Below are positions 38,880-41,379 of a stretch of DNA of 41,379 nucleotides, piece by piece. The translations under genes and the position numbers were made by a program. This stretch comes from Priapulus caudatus. Taxonomy: Eukaryota. Each line of letters starts with the position of its first letter. Position 1 is the stretch's first letter. A model generated the notes under the pieces. The model was not told the origin of the DNA. It worked only from the letters and a program-made list of their open reading frames with translations, and searched no databases. Location: the NCBI RefSeq assembly GCF_000485595.1, contig NW_014577064.1, forward strand, positions 1,208,061 through 1,249,439. Reading direction: 5' to 3'.

Positions 38880-39125
38880 AAACGCAGTAGCAGCAGATGC
38901 CGAAGCAGAAGAGGAAGAAGAAGTAGACGAAAATAATGATGATAATAATATTGATAATAATAACAATAATAATAACAATAACATGCGCAACAACGGAAAC
39001 AACGACCATGGAAGCAACACAAACAATAACAACAATGATGGCAATATTGGCAATGACGACGGCAGGAAAAGCAACATCAAACTCAAGAGGAAATGCTATA
39101 ATAATAACAACATCGTTGACAACGA
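38880..39125 (+). repeat. Low-complexity trinucleotide tract (GCA/GAA/TAA/CAA)
   Basis: Directly visible. It explains the hydrophobic pseudo-ORFs on the minus strand. Confidence 0.88.
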
Positions 39126-39693
39126 TAGTATAAGCTACAACTTGCCACATCTGTGAAGTCTTGGCCTTTCGTAAGTGCAGCGGAACTAAGGTGATGTGGA
39201 ACAGTAGAGTTCCCTTACGTAAACCTTAAGACGGTATAGAGCAAGGGTAGGAATGTCTGAGGAGCTGGTGGGCGCACGGTACGCGGTGTGGCGGGGCGAG
39301 AGCGACATCTCTTGAGCTAGGACGTCACACGGAGTCGGTAAACCCATGTCATTTGTGCCACACTGGCGATATTTAAAATATGCCGTGGTTATGAGAATAG
39401 CATGATAAAGGTGCAATACGCTCGGACCGTCTTACGTGGCAAACGGAATTATGTCTACAATTAAATTGAAAAGCAATGAAGGATAATTTAATACGCCATC
39501 GATTTCAGATACTGCCATGGACAACTTCAAGCGCTAAGCAATTTAGCGTGCTGAGTTATTATATCGGTTCTCGCCGTCGGCGCTGCAAATTATGCAAAAC
39601 GATTCCGTAATAGTTTGAACTTTCCTTTGATTAATTTTAATGTGAGCGACGGGTGATGTAGCTAGATATAGCATAGCGCGGCGCGCATATATA

Positions 39694-39756
39694 NNNNNNN
39701 NNNNNNNNNNNNNNNNNNNNNNNNNNNNNNNNNNNNNNNNNNNNNNNNNNNNNNNN
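39694..39756. other. Assembly gap (63 N)
   Basis: Run of N. Confidence 1.
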
Positions 39757-39884
39757 TGCGAACGACCATTATGACTTACGCGTCTGACACACGTCTCAGG
39801 AGCCTTGCAATTTGTCCTAACTATCCCGTGTTGCCGTGTTGCATGCGTGCGACCCTGCTTGAATTGCAACGTATCTGCCTGTTT

Positions 39885-40124
39885 ACGTGTATGCATGCGT
39901 GCGTGCGTGCGGGCGTGCGTGCGTGCGTGACTGTCGGCTGGAATACTCGTCTGCTTACCTGCGTATCTGTTTATGTGCGTGAATGCGTGCGTGCGTATAT
40001 GCGTGCATACGTGCACGTGTGCGTGCGTGCATGCGTATGTACGTGCGCGCATGCGCATGTACGTGCGTGTGTGCGAGCCAGTATGCATGCGTGCGTGTGT
40101 GCGTGCGTGCGTGCGTGCGTGTGT
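39885..40124 (+). repeat. (GCGT)n/(RY)n alternating purine-pyrimidine tract
   Basis: Directly visible. A complementary (ACGC)n tract lies at about 40460-40500. Confidence 0.9.
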
Positions 40125-40863
40125 CGCCCTCGGTGCTAGCGTCAGCTCAACCATGAAGCCGGCCCGTGAAATCTATCTACGGCGCGCGATCGTTCGCATG
40201 ACATCGTTTAGACATTGAGACAATTAGATTTTACCGAGCGTGGAAGGGGAGTAGGGGAGGGCAGCCGATGCTTTGTATAAACGAAACCCACACCACTGCG
40301 ATGCGATCTCGCGCTCAAAGCAAATTAATAGAATTTCGATGCAGATGGTAAAAACCGTCTCGCGCAAGAAGCTGCAGATCGTATTCCGCCAGTAAAAAAA
40401 CGTAGTCTAAAGACGATATCGCACAACATCTATACTCTCGCATTGCTTTACACACGAACGCGCATGCACACACGCACGCACGCACGCACGCACGTACGCC
40501 CGCCCACCTCATGCCAGATACACAGATATATGACTATGCAAAATAGGAGATAATTATCGTCAATCGACAAAGCGTATGACGAATAGCAACCGCGATTATA
40601 AACACAACCTACAAGTTTGTTGGCGGCTATATACCTATAGCGAATATATCTGCGGAATATACAGCAGCACGTATAGTCAATCGTAGTAGACTCGCTCTCC
40701 GGATAATAAAATATCCGTATTCTTTGTGGCTGTCGCTTGAGGATTTCTTACATTCAACGAGGATTACTAATTGAATTTCGTCAATAGAATGACGTTATGG
40801 ACAAGAACAGCCTGGTGGAAATATTGCTCGACTACATATTGCTATGTTTTTCTTTCAGCAAAA

Positions 40864-41045
40864 ATGGCAAAATTCGAATTCAAGTGTCTCGTTCTTACCT
40901 TCTGCGTGCTCTTGGTGGCGTCAGAGTTCTTTAAGACGAGTGCAGCGCAACCTGACGGCATGTCCCGGCAGTTTGCCAACGCCGATGCAGCACTCAAGTA
41001 CTTGCAAGAGATGGAAAGGAAGTGGGCGACTCTTTCCCGACCACG
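40864..41045 (+). CDS. NPF: Neuropeptide F/Y (NPF) prepropeptide, first coding exon: 28-aa signal peptide MAKFEFKCLVLTFCVLLVASEFFKTSAA + mature peptide QPDGMSRQFANADAALKYLQEMERKWATLSRPR|(F-GKR expected in next exon)
   Basis: Acceptor tgtttttctttcag ends at 40858. ATG at 40864 sits in the context CAAAAATGG and is followed by a hydrophobic signal ending S-A-A. ALKYLQE...SRPR matches arthropod NPF (e.g. crustacean KPDPSQLANMAEALKYLQELDKYYSQVSRPRFamide). The exon ends CG|gtaagc (GT 41046-41047), the phase-2 intron in the penultimate Arg codon conserved in NPY/NPF genes. Confidence 0.92.
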
Positions 41046-41205
41046 GTAAGCTAGCCGACGCTCGAATGACCACGCTGAAAATATTCTTGCATGCTATCGT
41101 AGGCTCCAGAACAGACCTAGATTTCCCATGACCCCGCGAGTTTTTCAGCCTAACGCCATACTGAAATTATTGCTGTTAACTATGCGACATTAAACCCCCC
41201 CCCCC

Positions 41206-41206
41206 G

Positions 41207-41262
<56 letters not shown>
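41206..41262 (+). repeat. (CT)n microsatellite in the NPF intron
   Basis: Directly visible. Confidence 0.95.
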
Positions 41263-41265
<3 letters not shown>

Positions 41266-41379
41266 CATCGCTCAACTTTAATGGCACGCTGTCCATGCTA
41301 GCCGAATAGCATCATTATATTTACGCAACCTGTAAAATCGTAGACGCGTGAGTTTCAGTTGTGATAAACGCATCCAAAT

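Noticed and set aside
38620..39150. 176-aa hydrophobic membrane-protein-like ORF
   Set aside because: Antisense of a CAA/TAA low-complexity tract.
39543..40218. Long ORFs over (GCGT)n
   Set aside because: Simple repeat, and one spans an N-gap.
40276..40352. TATAAA plus a weak donor as a proximal NPF first exon
   Set aside because: Weak donor (G|GTAAAA), no clear Inr, and it would add out-of-frame upstream ATGs. Not excluded but unsupported.
40771..40863. N-terminal extension of the 92-aa ORF
   Set aside because: Starts at TTG and runs through intron sequence. The acceptor at 40858 and ATG at 40864 define the real start.

Overview
Repeat-rich eukaryotic (invertebrate-like, CpG not obviously depleted) genomic scaffold with four N-gaps and many microsatellites. 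Almost all ORFs in the supplied track are repeat translations or chance ORFs. The clearest coding signal is a neuropeptide F/Y (NPF/NPY) precursor locus on the + strand. An exon at 40859-41045 encodes a signal peptide plus QPDGMSRQFANADAALKYLQEMERKWATLSRPR and ends in the phase-2 intron within the Arg codon that is characteristic of NPY/NPF genes. A matching terminal exon, (R)FGKRTFDDLREFVQRDSLEKPWYESILQ*, lies about 29 kb upstream at 11787-11874. This implies either a second tandem RFamide/NPF paralogue or mis-ordered contigs. Candidate parts of such a second gene are a CCAAT/TATA/Inr promoter with a non-coding first exon (two copies), an error-laden signal-peptide-like exon ending CG|gtaag, and a 6-nt microexon. 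The rest contains insertion-biased noisy duplicates (probably raw long-read gap fill), a 737-bp tandem unit, two families of ATCAG...CTGAT foldback elements, and a ~5-kb duplication that begins exactly at a foldback element whose second copy is rearranged by two adjacent inversions.
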